Assembly (NCBI GenBank): GCA_003971905.1
Contig: RSEE01000097.1
Span: 1 to 64,000 of the forward strand
Reading direction: 5' to 3'
DNA from: Moniliella sp. 'wahieum'
Lineage: Eukaryota
Length of the DNA stretch: 64,000 nucleotides
The notes below the pieces were generated by a model. It made no database searches. It had not been told where the DNA came from and saw only the letters and a program-made list of their open reading frames with translations. Positions 13,441-24,331 of the stretch are shown here, in pieces; positions within the stretch are counted from its first letter, which is position 1, and each line of letters starts with the position of its first letter. The position numbers and the translations under genes are program-made.

Positions 13441-15029
13441 AATTGTCAGTATCTTCCTTTGCAATGATAGTCGCCCCGTGCCTTACCTTACCTTTCTAGC
13501 TTGCCCGTGCCGCAACCGTTTAGCCCTGTTGGTTTCCCCCTGTCCCCTCTGTTCTTCCTCTATTGCGTTTTGTTTCCCTTTTAATCCTTGTCTGTTAGCA
13601 AAATGGTTCACACGGTTTTCCCCCACGGTCCATTGACGTCTCCCCCTACTCCTCTCGCCTACTGCTCAACCCAGTACAGGCAACTCATCTTAGTTGCTCC
13701 AGGCAACTCATAGTTGGTCCTCTCCAGTAGCTCCCGTCTTCAGATCGCCGTTCTTCAGTCCACCCACAGTTCTTGTGTGCCTCACAGGAGCCCACCCGCC
13801 AAGTTCCAGCTCAGTTCAGCCGCGTGTGATCCACGCCGCCCCCAATCCCAGTCCAGCTCCAGTCTCTGCTGTCTCCTCCCTTCCGTGAGGCCGAAGACTT
13901 CAGACACGCTACTTTGCCACACTTGTAGCCGCCTCTGCTATGCGCCGAGAGGCCTCTCCTTGTCCCTAAGCCCTCTCGGATCCACCAATCAGCCCCCCAC
14001 TCGCGTAACTACCGTGAGTGGACCTTAGGACCTCCAATGGATTATTGTACCCCAAAACGGTGCCATCCCATGAGGACAGTCAGAGGCGCATTTACACGTG
14101 CGCACAAGGGACGAGGAGGCGTCATATTGTGTGTGTCGATTCTCCCCTCCAGGACGTCCAAACGGCAGCTGCACCGATTCTTCTGGGGCTCTTCAACCAA
14201 TCGCGCCTACGTCGTCCCCAATCCCAAATCAGGGCCACGGTACAATCACGTTGAAGGTCACCATCGTCTGTACCAGCACACCAGACCGACAGTTCATTGT
14301 CCCGTATGGGAGCTAGGTCAAACAACCTGTGTGTGACCCTTCTGGCACTAGACCATTACTCTCTGTCCGGATTCCTGCACTTTCTCTGTATTCCTGTGTT
14401 TTGGCTTCCCCCGCTGTCGTTACAGGTTACAGGTGATGGCGGGTGGCCGATCCAGGTCAAGCATATCCTCTCTCCCCTTGTTTCCCTTGCCTGAGTTAGG
14501 TCTACGTCAAGACCATAGGCTGGCTTGGGCTGAACGTTAATGTGCAGCTATAAACTGTGAGGATGGCGGTGGTAAGGTCATCACATAATTCAGCTGCATA
14601 ACTCGCGCAAGAGCTATGCCCTCCCCCCCCCCCCATTCACAAGAAGGGAGAAGAAAAACAGAGCACTGCTGCTGCAGTGTCACAGGTCGTATGTCACCAG
14701 TGTTCAATTCATTTGCACAACAGGAACAACCTATAGCAAGTCCCACAACACAAAAAGATGGGGTTGAACGCCGGATATAATTTGGCTATAGTTCGGCTGC
14801 TTTGAATGATTTCGTGCTCTGGGGGGAACGGCTCGATGCACCCCCTGAAGTTACAGTAGGCCAAGGACTTGTACGCATGTCGGAATAGTTCTAATGTGGG
14901 ATCTCCCGAGAAAGAATCAACTGTAGAGGCGGATAGAGAGGAGAAATGTATGGGGGGGGATACAGCCAAAACCATAATCGAAGTGACGTTAAATGGAACC
15001 AGACAGCCCATTACAACTGGTTTCGTTTG

Positions 15030-15600
15030 TTACGACGCCAGAAAAAAAACCACAACACAGCCCCTTTTTCATGGATAACCCTTCCATTTTGGTTCGACAT
15101 CCGTTACAAGAAAACTGACAAAACTACGACGGCAGCCACATTACTATCTGGTTTGGGTCGGCATTTACCCCATAACCACCGGGAATGTGTGGTGGTTACG
15201 CACCCTTTGCGTGAACAGAGTGATCCTGAACGCAACAGAGGGAGAGGATAGTCACCCAGGATGCTACTGTTCTCACGACAGTAAAGCGTATTGGGTCAAC
15301 ACCTTGTGCCCGGAAAAATGCTGGATGCAGTGAAAGCACTTACGTGGAATTGCCGAGACGTTGAAAGCCGCAATAGTGACCGCCATAGCGACCATAAGGT
15401 GCCTACAGCCCTCGGTGGCAGGACATACAGACAGTGTGATGACATTTTACGCGAACAGCGGATTGAGGCGGAAGGCGAATCTTTTTCGGCAAGCGATACG
15501 CCCAGGCGGACGCCGACGGGTCAGGACCTGCTCGGACAACTAAGTAGTGAGACATAAGCCTACTTGGATTCCACTAGCATTGTTCCTTCGTTTTCAGCGG
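15030..15600 (+). mobile_element. Degenerate Ty3/gypsy RNase H-integrase relic
   Basis: WITLPFWFDIRYKKTDKTTTAATLLS resembles the RNase H end motif WxxxLxxFDFxIxYxxGxxNxxADxLSR. Heavily decayed. Confidence 0.35.
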
Positions 15601-15789
15601 GGTCCATCTCCCCCCCGGGCCTACGACTGGATCATACTAAATTACATTGATAATCGGCTAAGGCGTTCTGCAGTAAATACTTCATTGGGAGCAGTCAGGA
15701 CGACCCACAGACCATGCCCGACCTGTTCCGGCGATGATTCGACCATCGGAAGTCTGCGTAGCATCCTTACATCGACTGAACCCGCTTAG

Positions 15790-16700
15790 CACAGCTTCAA
15801 GAAGCCCAGTCTAAGATAGCCAAGAGTACAAATGTGTCGGTAGCCGAACTTGATTGGGCGGTGAATGCGAGCGATGTGCCCAGGCGACAGTGGTGAAGAG
15901 CCAGGAGGATATACCGCGACACCGTTTTCTCGACTACGTTCAGCATTGCACGACAGTCCAAATCCCACCACGCTACCTATAACTCGGGTGGCTTCTCGGA
16001 CAACGCCGACACACATATTTGTGCCATGCCCCTTGGTTCGTTGCTTGGTCTACTGATATCCGCCGTGCATCCGTGTCCAGTTGCCTATTTCAATTTTGAG
16101 CATGCTCACATGGTATAAGTCGACGGAATAGAGTTGGCCAGAGCTGCTTCTGACATCATCTGAGAACTTGCTTGCCATCACCTTGGGATGAACACTACCA
16201 CTTATTATTGTGGGCCTCATGTCTCGGTTCTTTGAATCAACTCAGAGAGGCGCTTCTCAGGTAAAAAAAAAATGTTGCGTGAAGTAGTCTGGCAAGTCCA
16301 CTCATCCGTGGCTAGGAGCAGGGGTGTGTGTACGGAGGGAGCCAAACATATCTGCGAAGTCGGGTCAATAAAATCTTGACGCAAACCAAGCCGCCCAAGG
16401 CTCTAATGGACAAAAGATAAATGACTTTTGCGATGCAGGTACGGCTGAGTCAATATAGTCGGTTGCGGAGGAGGGTATTGGGATTCAAGCAGACGAGGGA
16501 ATGAAAGAGCTTCATAAGAACCTAACGCTGTTGCGTAGTCATAATATGACTTAGGAATACTATTAGACGGGATATTGCATATCGAGTTGGACGTTGACCT
16601 CCCGACTAAGTGAACGAGGAAGAGGGAGAGAAACGAGGCGAATATACGCGAGACAATCTGGACCTCGCTATATGTCCAACTATTGGCCCGCCTTAAATTT
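15790..16700 (-). mobile_element. Degenerate Ty3/gypsy pol relic (RNase H then integrase)
   Basis: Minus-strand fragments YEALSFPRLL / ATDY / YLHRKSHLS / WAAWF / FADMFG, then RYILLAL, in gypsy domain order. Weak similarity only. Confidence 0.3.
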
Positions 16701-17573
16701 TTCTCTTTCCCTCCCTCATCAGCCTTGCATTCGCATACATCCTCGGCTTCTCGCCTGATGTATGGCCCTGTGCAGCATGAAACGGGATTCGCAAGCACAG
16801 TGTTTGCTCGAACCTAGCATCCTTCTTGGGTCGGATGAATCTTTTCTGCATTCCCGAGAGTGTTGTCTGTACTGACGCAATTGTTTCAACGATGTGCCCA
16901 CGCCAATGCGAGCTTGGGATGCACCATTGCGTCTGAAATATTTTTTCTTCGAGAAATGCCATACGGAAGTAATGACGAGATTGATCTACGGATCTTGAGA
17001 AGGAAATGTTTTCAATAACAAGATCATTTTGATTGGAATTGTTCAGTGGGACGCATAGTCAATGCTACTTAAGTCGAGGAAAGATATTCACTATGGCAAC
17101 ATAACATATCTAACTTGTTCAAGCGAAATGACAGTTCAATGAGTATGAAAATCTAACAGATTACGGTGTGTTGCGTGGCTAAAGAAAACCGTGTTTTATG
17201 GCCCATTTCTCGTCTCTGGCCATGTGTAAACACTGGCGTTCCCTTCATGTTTACGACCTGGCAATTCTGCACATGTCGGCGGCAGTGGTCGCTCGAATGT
17301 TTAATCACCCGGGTAACAAGAGCAAATGATCCCATTGGAAGGTGGGGCCCAGTCTACCTATCAGAACCATGGTACACGTACCCAGCTGACAGCACCTCAC
17401 ACCTTGGATGCTTTTCCATCCGTCACTCCCTTATGCTCTGCCCTGACTGGCTCGTTTCTTTGATTTGAATGGCACTTCCATCTCCTCTTTCTTACTGCAG
17501 TCCTGTTACTGTCTACGTCACCTTTCCGGTTGTCCTGCAATTACAACGTACTGTCTTGTTACAGCGCATCAGT

Positions 17574-17733
17574 TGTCGGCCTCGCTACTACCACAGAATG
17601 TGAGCACTGAACGTCGTATTGGACTAAGAAGCTTCTGCGACTGACTCGTCCAGAAGACTGGTGCGAGCTCGGAAGGAATGAAAGCTGACTCACGTGACTC
17701 AGGGTCCGCGCGGTCCTAGGACGGATGTCAACA
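17574..17733 (-). repeat. 3' LTR of the copia element
   Basis: Base-for-base match to 22474-22633. The pol stop codon (TGT TGA) falls in its first 6 nt. Confidence 0.98.
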
Positions 17734-20700
17734 CCCCCGCTGACCGGAGGGCCCAGTCATGTGGACTGGATCCATCTCCTCGACGCGGAGTTGAGCAAGA
17801 TGGCTTGTCAGGGCGGGACGGCCGAGAGGCTTGGTGAGGACGTCCGCTGGGTTCCTTTCGCCGGGGATGTGTACAAGTATGGCCTCGCCCGAGTCCACGT
17901 GTTGCCGTACATTGTGGTACCGGATCTTCAGCTCTCGGAGCTTGCCGGTGCTGCCAAATTTGTGGGCGAGATCGACGACAGACTTATTGTCGCAATACCA
18001 ATGAATGGGTGTACCCTCGCCGATGGCCCCAAGCTCGATCATGATGTTCTTGACATAGTTGGCGTCAACCAGTCCATCATATCCTGCCGTATATTCGGCG
18101 GCGGCGGTACTGGTAACGCTCTTCGGCTGAAGAATGGATCGCCACGACACCGGCACACCGTACACCATCAGTAGGCATCCAGATGTGGAGCGTGCCTGGA
18201 TGGGATCTCCCGCCAAGTCGGAATCTGTATACAGCGCAATGGCCGGTGCATCTGATGTTGGGGTCAACCTCAGGCCCTTTCCTCGAGTATGGTACAGGTA
18301 GCGAAGGAAGTCATCGACTGCTTGATGATGCTGCTGCGATGGGTCGGCAGCGGCTCTGCTGAGGGCCGTGATAGCGAAGAGGGAGTCAGGCCGGCCCATT
18401 CGTGCAGCCCACAGTCCCGATCCGATCTTCCCCTGATATGCCTTGCGCAAGGCTGGGAGGGATGGGGGTTCAGGGTCGGCACGGGGCGGTATCATCCGTA
18501 CGGGATGTGGGAGAGTCCGGATCCACGGGGCTTTGATGTGGTGCTTTGCCACCACTTCCTCGATGAACTTTGGTTGGCTCAGGTACAGCTCCCCACCGAT
18601 CCGATCGTATTGGCATCCCAGGTGGTAGTGAAGGGGACCGTTACCACGAACATCAATGTGTGTGTTTATCTCGGCCATAAACTCCTCGTACTTTTGGTGT
18701 GACTTGCATGCGAGGAGCAGATCGTCGGTGTGGACCGCCAGGAGGATCTGCTCACCCGGTGGTGCAGCGCGCACGAACAAGCAGGGCTCGGTCAAGCTTT
18801 GCGTGAAGCCGAGCTTGTCACGCAGCAGGTTCCGGATGTATCGTGCCCAGTTTGCTCCGCTCTGATGTAGCCCGTATAGACTCTTCTTGAGACGCCACAC
18901 GCGACCACCCGCTTCGGGGAAGTAGGGGGGTGGGCGGATGTAGACTGCTTCTTCGAGGGGGGCGTTCAGGTACGCTGCATTGACGTCCGCCGAGAAGAGG
19001 CCAAACTTATACTTCTCGGCCAGCACGACGAGGGTCAGGATGGCAGGTGTGCGCACCGATGGTGCGAACGTCTGGCCCCAAGTCTCGGCCGATTGTTGGT
19101 GTCCGCCCGCGACAAAGCGCGCGCGGTGGCGCAGGAACCGGCCCTCGGCGTCCGTCTTTGTGGTGATGCGCCATAGTCCTATGAGGATTTGTGCACCCGG
19201 TGGTGGGTACGTAGCCTCGTAGGTGCCGTATCGCGCGAGTGTGGCCACCTCGTCGGCCATAGCCTGCTTGACCATGGCAAAGGAGGGGTGAGTCTCGAGA
19301 CCCTTGAGCGTCTTGGGAGCGAGGGGTACGCCATCCTTGGTGAGCTGAACCGTGTCCGGGTGGATGGGTGCGCTGAGAGCAGTCATGGCGGCGTATTCGG
19401 GAGGTTGAACTGTGTCGGCAAACGGGGGGGCGGATGTGTCAGGTAGGGGGCGGGCGATGCCGATCTCTGGTGCGGCGCAGTGGGGCGTGGCGGCTGCAGC
19501 ACGAGCATGGTAGGTCGTGTCGGTGGGGTCGTCAGCGATTGGGAGTGTGTGCAGGTCGAGGGAGGTGCGGGTGGTGCGCTGGCGGAGGGGGTAGCGGCGC
19601 GGAGGGGGGGGGTGGTGGGAGCGGGTGTCTGGGGTGTGGCGGCGGTTCGGGGCATGGGTGCTGCCGCGGCTGGCGGAGTAGGGTTAGCGTCTTTTTCACT
19701 GTCGATTTTAATTTGAGGTGATTTGGAGATGTCGGGTGGGAAGTGGTCGGGGTGGAGATGGGGGTAGATGGCGTTGCCCCATTTGTACGGTTTCGACCAG
19801 CGGTAGGTGAAGGTACCCAGGGATGGTTGGTATGTGGCGAAGAGCCATCCCTTTGATCCGCGCTGATGGTGGTATCCTACCAGCATACCTTCCTCTGCCC
19901 GCGCGCTGAGCTTGTGCTCGCGGCGTGACTCGGGCAGATGGAGGTATGCAACGCGGCCAAAGGGTTGCATCGGTAACGAGTATGCGTGGCCTTTGTATCG
20001 CTCAAATCGCGATTTGTTGTCTTCCCCGGATGTTTTGAGTGGCATTTGGTTTTGGGTGAAGCACGCAGCGTGGAGGCTGTGTTCCCACCAGTCCGACGTC
20101 GGAAGACCTGTACCCAAGAGCAACTGCCTTGCACGAGTCGTTATGGTTCGGATGGCACGCTCAGCCACACCGTTGCTAGCACTCTGCCCCGGGATTGTCC
20201 GTTCTGACGTGATGCCTTGCTCGTCCAGAAAAGGTTGCAGTGCGCTTGTCAATTCGGGGGCGTTGTCCGTGCGCAAAGTCCGCAGCAGTCTGTCCGGGCC
20301 GTAGCGTTGCTCCCGCAATATGAGGTTCCGCAGTTCCTTCGTTGCAGCGCCCTTTGTCGGGATCGCTGTGGTGAAGACGTACCGCGTGAAGTCATCAACG
20401 GCGACGAGGGCGTATCCGTGCCCCATGCCGGTTACCCGGGGGAGGTCTACTACGTCGACGTGGAGGACCTCGAAAGGTCTTTTGGATCGGAGGCGGTCCC
20501 GGCTCGGATGGGGCGATGCTGTCGCTAGTGCCACCGCGCATGTTGGGCAATCCCACTCTGAACGACAGAGGGAGATATGCTTGGCTGTGACGCGGAGGCC
20601 TGCGGTTTCCGATCGTGTAAGCCAGGGGAGGAGGTCGATGGCTGCGTGGTTCCAGCGTTTGTGGGCTTTAGAGACGTGGTCCAGGGCCAGGGATGCTGCG

Positions 20701-21171
20701 AGGGAGTTTGGGGTTGAGGGTGGGTCGGCCGGTTTGATCGGTTTGGTCGCCATGGCCCGCAGGGGTGTGGGTGGCGTTCGCGGGTTGTGTAAGATCGTGA
20801 ATTGATAGTCACTGCCGGTTACTTTTCGTAGGGTGGATCCTGGGTTACCAAGCCAGATACCCTTCTGGTGTGGGGCGAAGTATGATGCGATTCCGGTGTT
20901 CGACAGGTGTGCTACACTGACGAGATTTCGGGCTGAAACGGGGCATGTATAGGCTGTTGGGGAGTTTTATCTCCATTTGGTGTCCTCCTAAGCATCGGAT
21001 ACGGATTGTGGCCGTGCCTCGTCCTTCCGCCTTTACATGTGTCCCGTTAGCAACCTCTATCTCGTCGTCGCAAGGGGTCATGGATGTGAAGACGGATTTG
21101 TCTTTCCAAATGGATGGGAATGCCCCACTGTCATATAATGCCCGGATGATTCGCATTTCGCCCCCGAGTTC
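17728..21171 (-). CDS. pol: Copia Pol polyprotein (protease, integrase, RT, RNase H) with two apparent indel frameshifts
   Basis: PR: LYDSGA, IEVANG, AEGRGT. IN: HKRWNH..CPTC, LHVDV, LRTDNAPE, NGVAERAIRT. RT: ADVNAAYLNA, LKKSLYGLHQSG, HTDD. RH: YTDSD, AEY, YCDN, NPADVLTK. Frame breaks at ~20930 (removing one base restores NLVSV) and in the Pro-rich IN-RT linker (~19400-19620). Confidence 0.93.
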
Positions 21172-22419
21172 CTAGTAGTCAGCTGTGCCCGCATCAACGT
21201 CAATCACTTCAGACTCGGGAGAGCTCGCTCTCTGAGCGACGTGAGCGTTGGCTCGGCCTGGGTTGCGCGGAGGGACAACAGGTTTATTAGACGTCGCGCT
21301 GCGCCAGGGTTGGTTGGTGCGGTCTTGCCCCTTGGTCTTTGTGTCCGCGAGGTTGTCGTCGCCGGCTTTGCCCCCGCTGGAGTTTTTTCCCCCGCTGGTG
21401 GGTCGTCCCCCGCTGTCGGGTCGAGTCCAAGGCGTTCCTCCGTTGACCGGCTTGCCTCCGTTTCTCTTCCTTTCTCCACCGGGATACGTGGCGGCTGGTA
21501 TGTCCATCACGGCCTGCCGTAACTTGTCTAGACTCGAGCGCTCTTCACGCTGGCGAATGCTCATGTCGCGTAAGCCGAGTAGGATCCCAGTGCGTTCCTG
21601 CTCTTCCGTAAGTGGGATGCCCGCTCGCGTCAGGCTTGCACTGATCTCTTCCATGTAGTCGAGGTAGTCTCGACCCGATCGGTTTCCTTGGTCGGCCGAA
21701 AAGTAGCGAATGAGTAGAGGCCCTCTGTTTGCGGTAGGCGTATATCCATACCGCTGACGCAGCATGTTCAGCGTGTCCTGGGTGCATGATATTTCGTGGT
21801 GGGTGCGGATCGTCCGGAAGAGGGTTGACGGCATGGCTTCCCTAAGAAGGTTGTGCAAGCGTCTGTCGAGGTCCTCGGTGAAGTAGCGGGAGCTGCGACC
21901 ATTCTGGACGACGTCGCTTGCGTGGGGGTGGGCATCTGTTATCGCGAAGAGAAATTCGTCTTCCCAAGCGCTGTAGGCGGACGGGTCTTTGTTCAGATCA
22001 GGCCACTTGATATTCTTGGTGGGAGACTCGCGTAGTGATCTGTAAAGGTCGTACTCGGGTCGCGAGGCTGCGCCTGTAGGTGCCCCCAAAGTTGCGTTGG
22101 GTTGAGTTTCCATTTGGTGGATGTTTTGCACCACAAAATTCGTAGCCCGTCGAACCCAGTTTGTCGTGATAGACGTAGGTTCGTCCTTCCATCCAAGCCA
22201 CTCGGCTCTGTCGTGTATAGCTCTGTTGATCTTCTCTTTAACGACATCGATGTCGTTCGTCTTCTTGAACCACAGGTGCGCTTCGGCGCAAAGCATCATG
22301 AGTTCCTCGTTGTCGGTGCCAATCGGTGGCGGATCGCGACCGGTTGGTGTCCAGTAATCGCGCTTGTTCACCATTGTGGTGTCGCTGACCGAGAGATCGG
22401 TGTTAGCGTTGGCGCCCAT
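21172..22419 (-). CDS. gag: Copia Gag
   Basis: First ATG after the 5' LTR (MGANANT...), open to TAG at 21174-21172; copia-gag-like YSAWEDEF, LRQRYG and DYLDYMEEISASLTRAGIPL..ILLGL. Confidence 0.85.
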   Translation of the reverse strand: MGANANTDLSVSDTTMVNKRDYWTPTGRDPPPIGTDNEELMMLCAEAHLWFKKTNDIDVVKEKINRAIHDRAEWLGWKDEPTSITTNWVRRATNFVVQNIHQMETQPNATLGAPTGAASRPEYDLYRSLRESPTKNIKWPDLNKDPSAYSAWEDEFLFAITDAHPHASDVVQNGRSSRYFTEDLDRRLHNLLREAMPSTLFRTIRTHHEISCTQDTLNMLRQRYGYTPTANRGPLLIRYFSADQGNRSGRDYLDYMEEISASLTRAGIPLTEEQERTGILLGLRDMSIRQREERSSLDKLRQAVMDIPAATYPGGERKRNGGKPVNGGTPWTRPDSGGRPTSGGKNSSGGKAGDDNLADTKTKGQDRTNQPWRSATSNKPVVPPRNPGRANAHVAQRASSPESEVIDVDAGTADY

Positions 22420-22473
22420 GGTTGTGGGTGTAGTTTTGGCCAGCTCAGGGATGAGCAGATAAGGATGTAACTC

Positions 22474-22633
22474 TGTCGGCCTCGCTACTACCACAGAATG
22501 TGAGCACTGAACGTCGTATTGGACTAAGAAGCTTCTGCGACTGACTCGTCCAGAAGACTGGTGCGAGCTCGGAAGGAATGAAAGCTGACTCACGTGACTC
22601 AGGGTCCGCGCGGTCCTAGGACGGATGTCAACA
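22474..22633 (-). repeat. 5' LTR of the copia element
   Basis: Identical to 17574-17733. Confidence 0.98.
22586..22601. promoter_or_regulatory. TGACTCA-CG-TGACTCA: two Gcn4/AP-1 consensus sites overlapping a CACGTG E-box in the LTR (also at 17686-17701)
   Basis: Sequence reads TGACTCACGTGACTCA. Function is inferred from consensus only. Confidence 0.5.
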
Positions 22634-23029
22634 TCAGTAGCCTTGCTCCCCAATCCGTCGTCCCGATTAAAGAACTGTCCGACAGTCCGTCGTCAACTAC
22701 TTAGCTCAGCTCCAATCTGTTCTGACTCTAGATCAACCCTGAAACACATCATTGGTATGTCCTCCTCACTGAAGAGAAAGCACCCTTAAACTGTTGATTG
22801 GGCCCCAGTCCCGGGTCCAACCCGTGGTACAGTTCTTGTCTTTCGTCTGTTTTGCCGGCTACGCTCTCTGATACTAACCTTCCCCCTTTTAGAGACCTAT
22901 ACTTCTCATATACCTCAGACACAGTCCTGTGTGTGACAACGACCTTGCTTCCTCCCATCCCCCCCTGCCCCTCGTCTTTAATACAGCTTGGAAACTACAT
23001 TTTGTTTGACATCCTCAGACTCCATGGGT

Positions 23030-23620
23030 TCTTGGCTCGGTTCCGACTTGCTGATTGCCAGTATGAAAGTGAGGAAAAGATTGAGAGTGGCATCCGTGTT
23101 GGGCATTTAATACAGAAGATTCTAGGGCGTCATGGGCGTGCCCCGGACAGGAGCCAGTCCCATAGTTTAGGGGTGCTTTCCCTTGGATAAGGACAAGCCA
23201 CTTACGGTTGATCGAACCCGAACATTACCGCGGGGTCAGAACGGAACTATAGAGACGAAGTGAGGCATCTCATTGGGGCGTCGTCTCGCATGGCAACGTA
23301 GCTCACACGGAACAAGCAGGACTTGGGCGTCCAGCCTGCAGTCCGTGATCCTGAAACGGAAGGTTGACACAGGCAAAGACAAGATAGGACAGCAGGCTTT
23401 GTGAACAGAACAATTCACCCGTTTTGTAGGAGGGTAGCCGCGGAATCCATACAAAGACTGAAAGTTGGAGATCGAGACGGCAATGGATGGCCGGTCGAAA
23501 GGATACAGAGAAAAACCAAGAGGCGGTCTCTGGAAGCAAGTCGGTAGGACTGCTGGTGAACTACTAGGAGTAACGCGGACGTTGCCTGGTGAGTCAAGAG
23601 CGGATGAATAAAAGATGTTG
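23030..23620 (+). mobile_element. Degenerate Ty3/gypsy integrase relic
   Basis: IQKILGRHGRAP (like IxxRHGxP), GQNGTIE (like PQxNGxxE) and a later PRNP, in the expected order. Contains stops and frameshifts. Confidence 0.35.
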
Positions 23621-23680
23621 CTACAAAAATGACTATAGGGGGAAAGAAACATGGATCAAGGGTGGCCGTGCAAAAGCGAC

Positions 23681-24331
23681 TTATTGTCGCCCCGACAGTG
23701 CCATCAAGGCATCTCGGCGACGAGGAGTCAACCTTTTGAACTTGATGTTCGCGTTCGAAGATAACAATGCGCAAGCCCATCCAGCCGTCAGCATCAGATA
23801 CTCGGGGGATAGTGTGTGCGGTGAGCGTATATCGTCCTGGCTGTTCATGAATGTTGCAGCCCAGATAGCAGAAAGTGGCTTATTTAGGTTCACAGCATGT
23901 CCTGCTAGAATGATGTCGACAGTGCTTGCCCATTGTTCGACCTCATCGAGAGAATCCGAGGGCATCTGGGGCGCCCCTTGAAGTATCGCGGTGCGGCGAT
24001 GTCGCCCTGACGATACTGAGTGCCCCCCTTGTGCTTCATCGGTTGGATCGTACGCAATGCGGGGGCGTCGGGCACGCGGACGGTTTGCAGGAGGAGGAGA
24101 ACCGGATTGTCTTCGGGCCACTGAAACAGGGACACGTCCTGTTGCGGGCACCAATCGAAGGCCCAGGTGGCCGGGCCTGCTTTTGCGGCGGCGATAGCCT
24201 GCAGCTGCGGGACGATAAAAAGTTGTCAGGCAGCTCCAAAATGTTGGAGGCAGGCATAGTAGCGGGAGCGGGAAGGGCGGGGGCTTTGGAGTGATGTAGA
24301 GAAGTGGCTCTGTTCGTAAAGTCTGTTGCAC
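23681..24331 (-). mobile_element. Possible retrotransposon gag relic
   Basis: Pro-rich N-terminus followed by DEVEQWASTVDIIL..IWAATFM, reminiscent of a gypsy capsid; lies among other relics. Confidence 0.3.

Larger units (their letters stand above)
17574..22633 (-). mobile_element. Full-length Ty1/copia LTR retrotransposon (5060 bp)
   Basis: Two identical 160-bp LTRs with TG..CA ends; 5-bp TSD TCAGT at 17569-17573 and 22634-22638; domain order gag-PR-IN-RT-RH; G-rich PPT next to the 3' LTR. Confidence 0.98.

Noticed and set aside
14332..14424. Tiny TGTGAC..GTTACA solo LTR (similar candidate at ~50995-51318)
   Set aside because: No TSD and no full second copy in the window.
19383..20935. Programmed ribosomal frameshifts within pol
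   Set aside because: The breaks lie inside the protease and the IN-RT linker, at or near homopolymers, matching the window-wide indel pattern. These are not known recoding positions.
22420..22653. ORF track extends gag upstream through the 5' LTR (21172..22653)
   Set aside because: It starts at a non-ATG codon outside the element, beyond the TSD. The first ATG after the LTR is at 22419.
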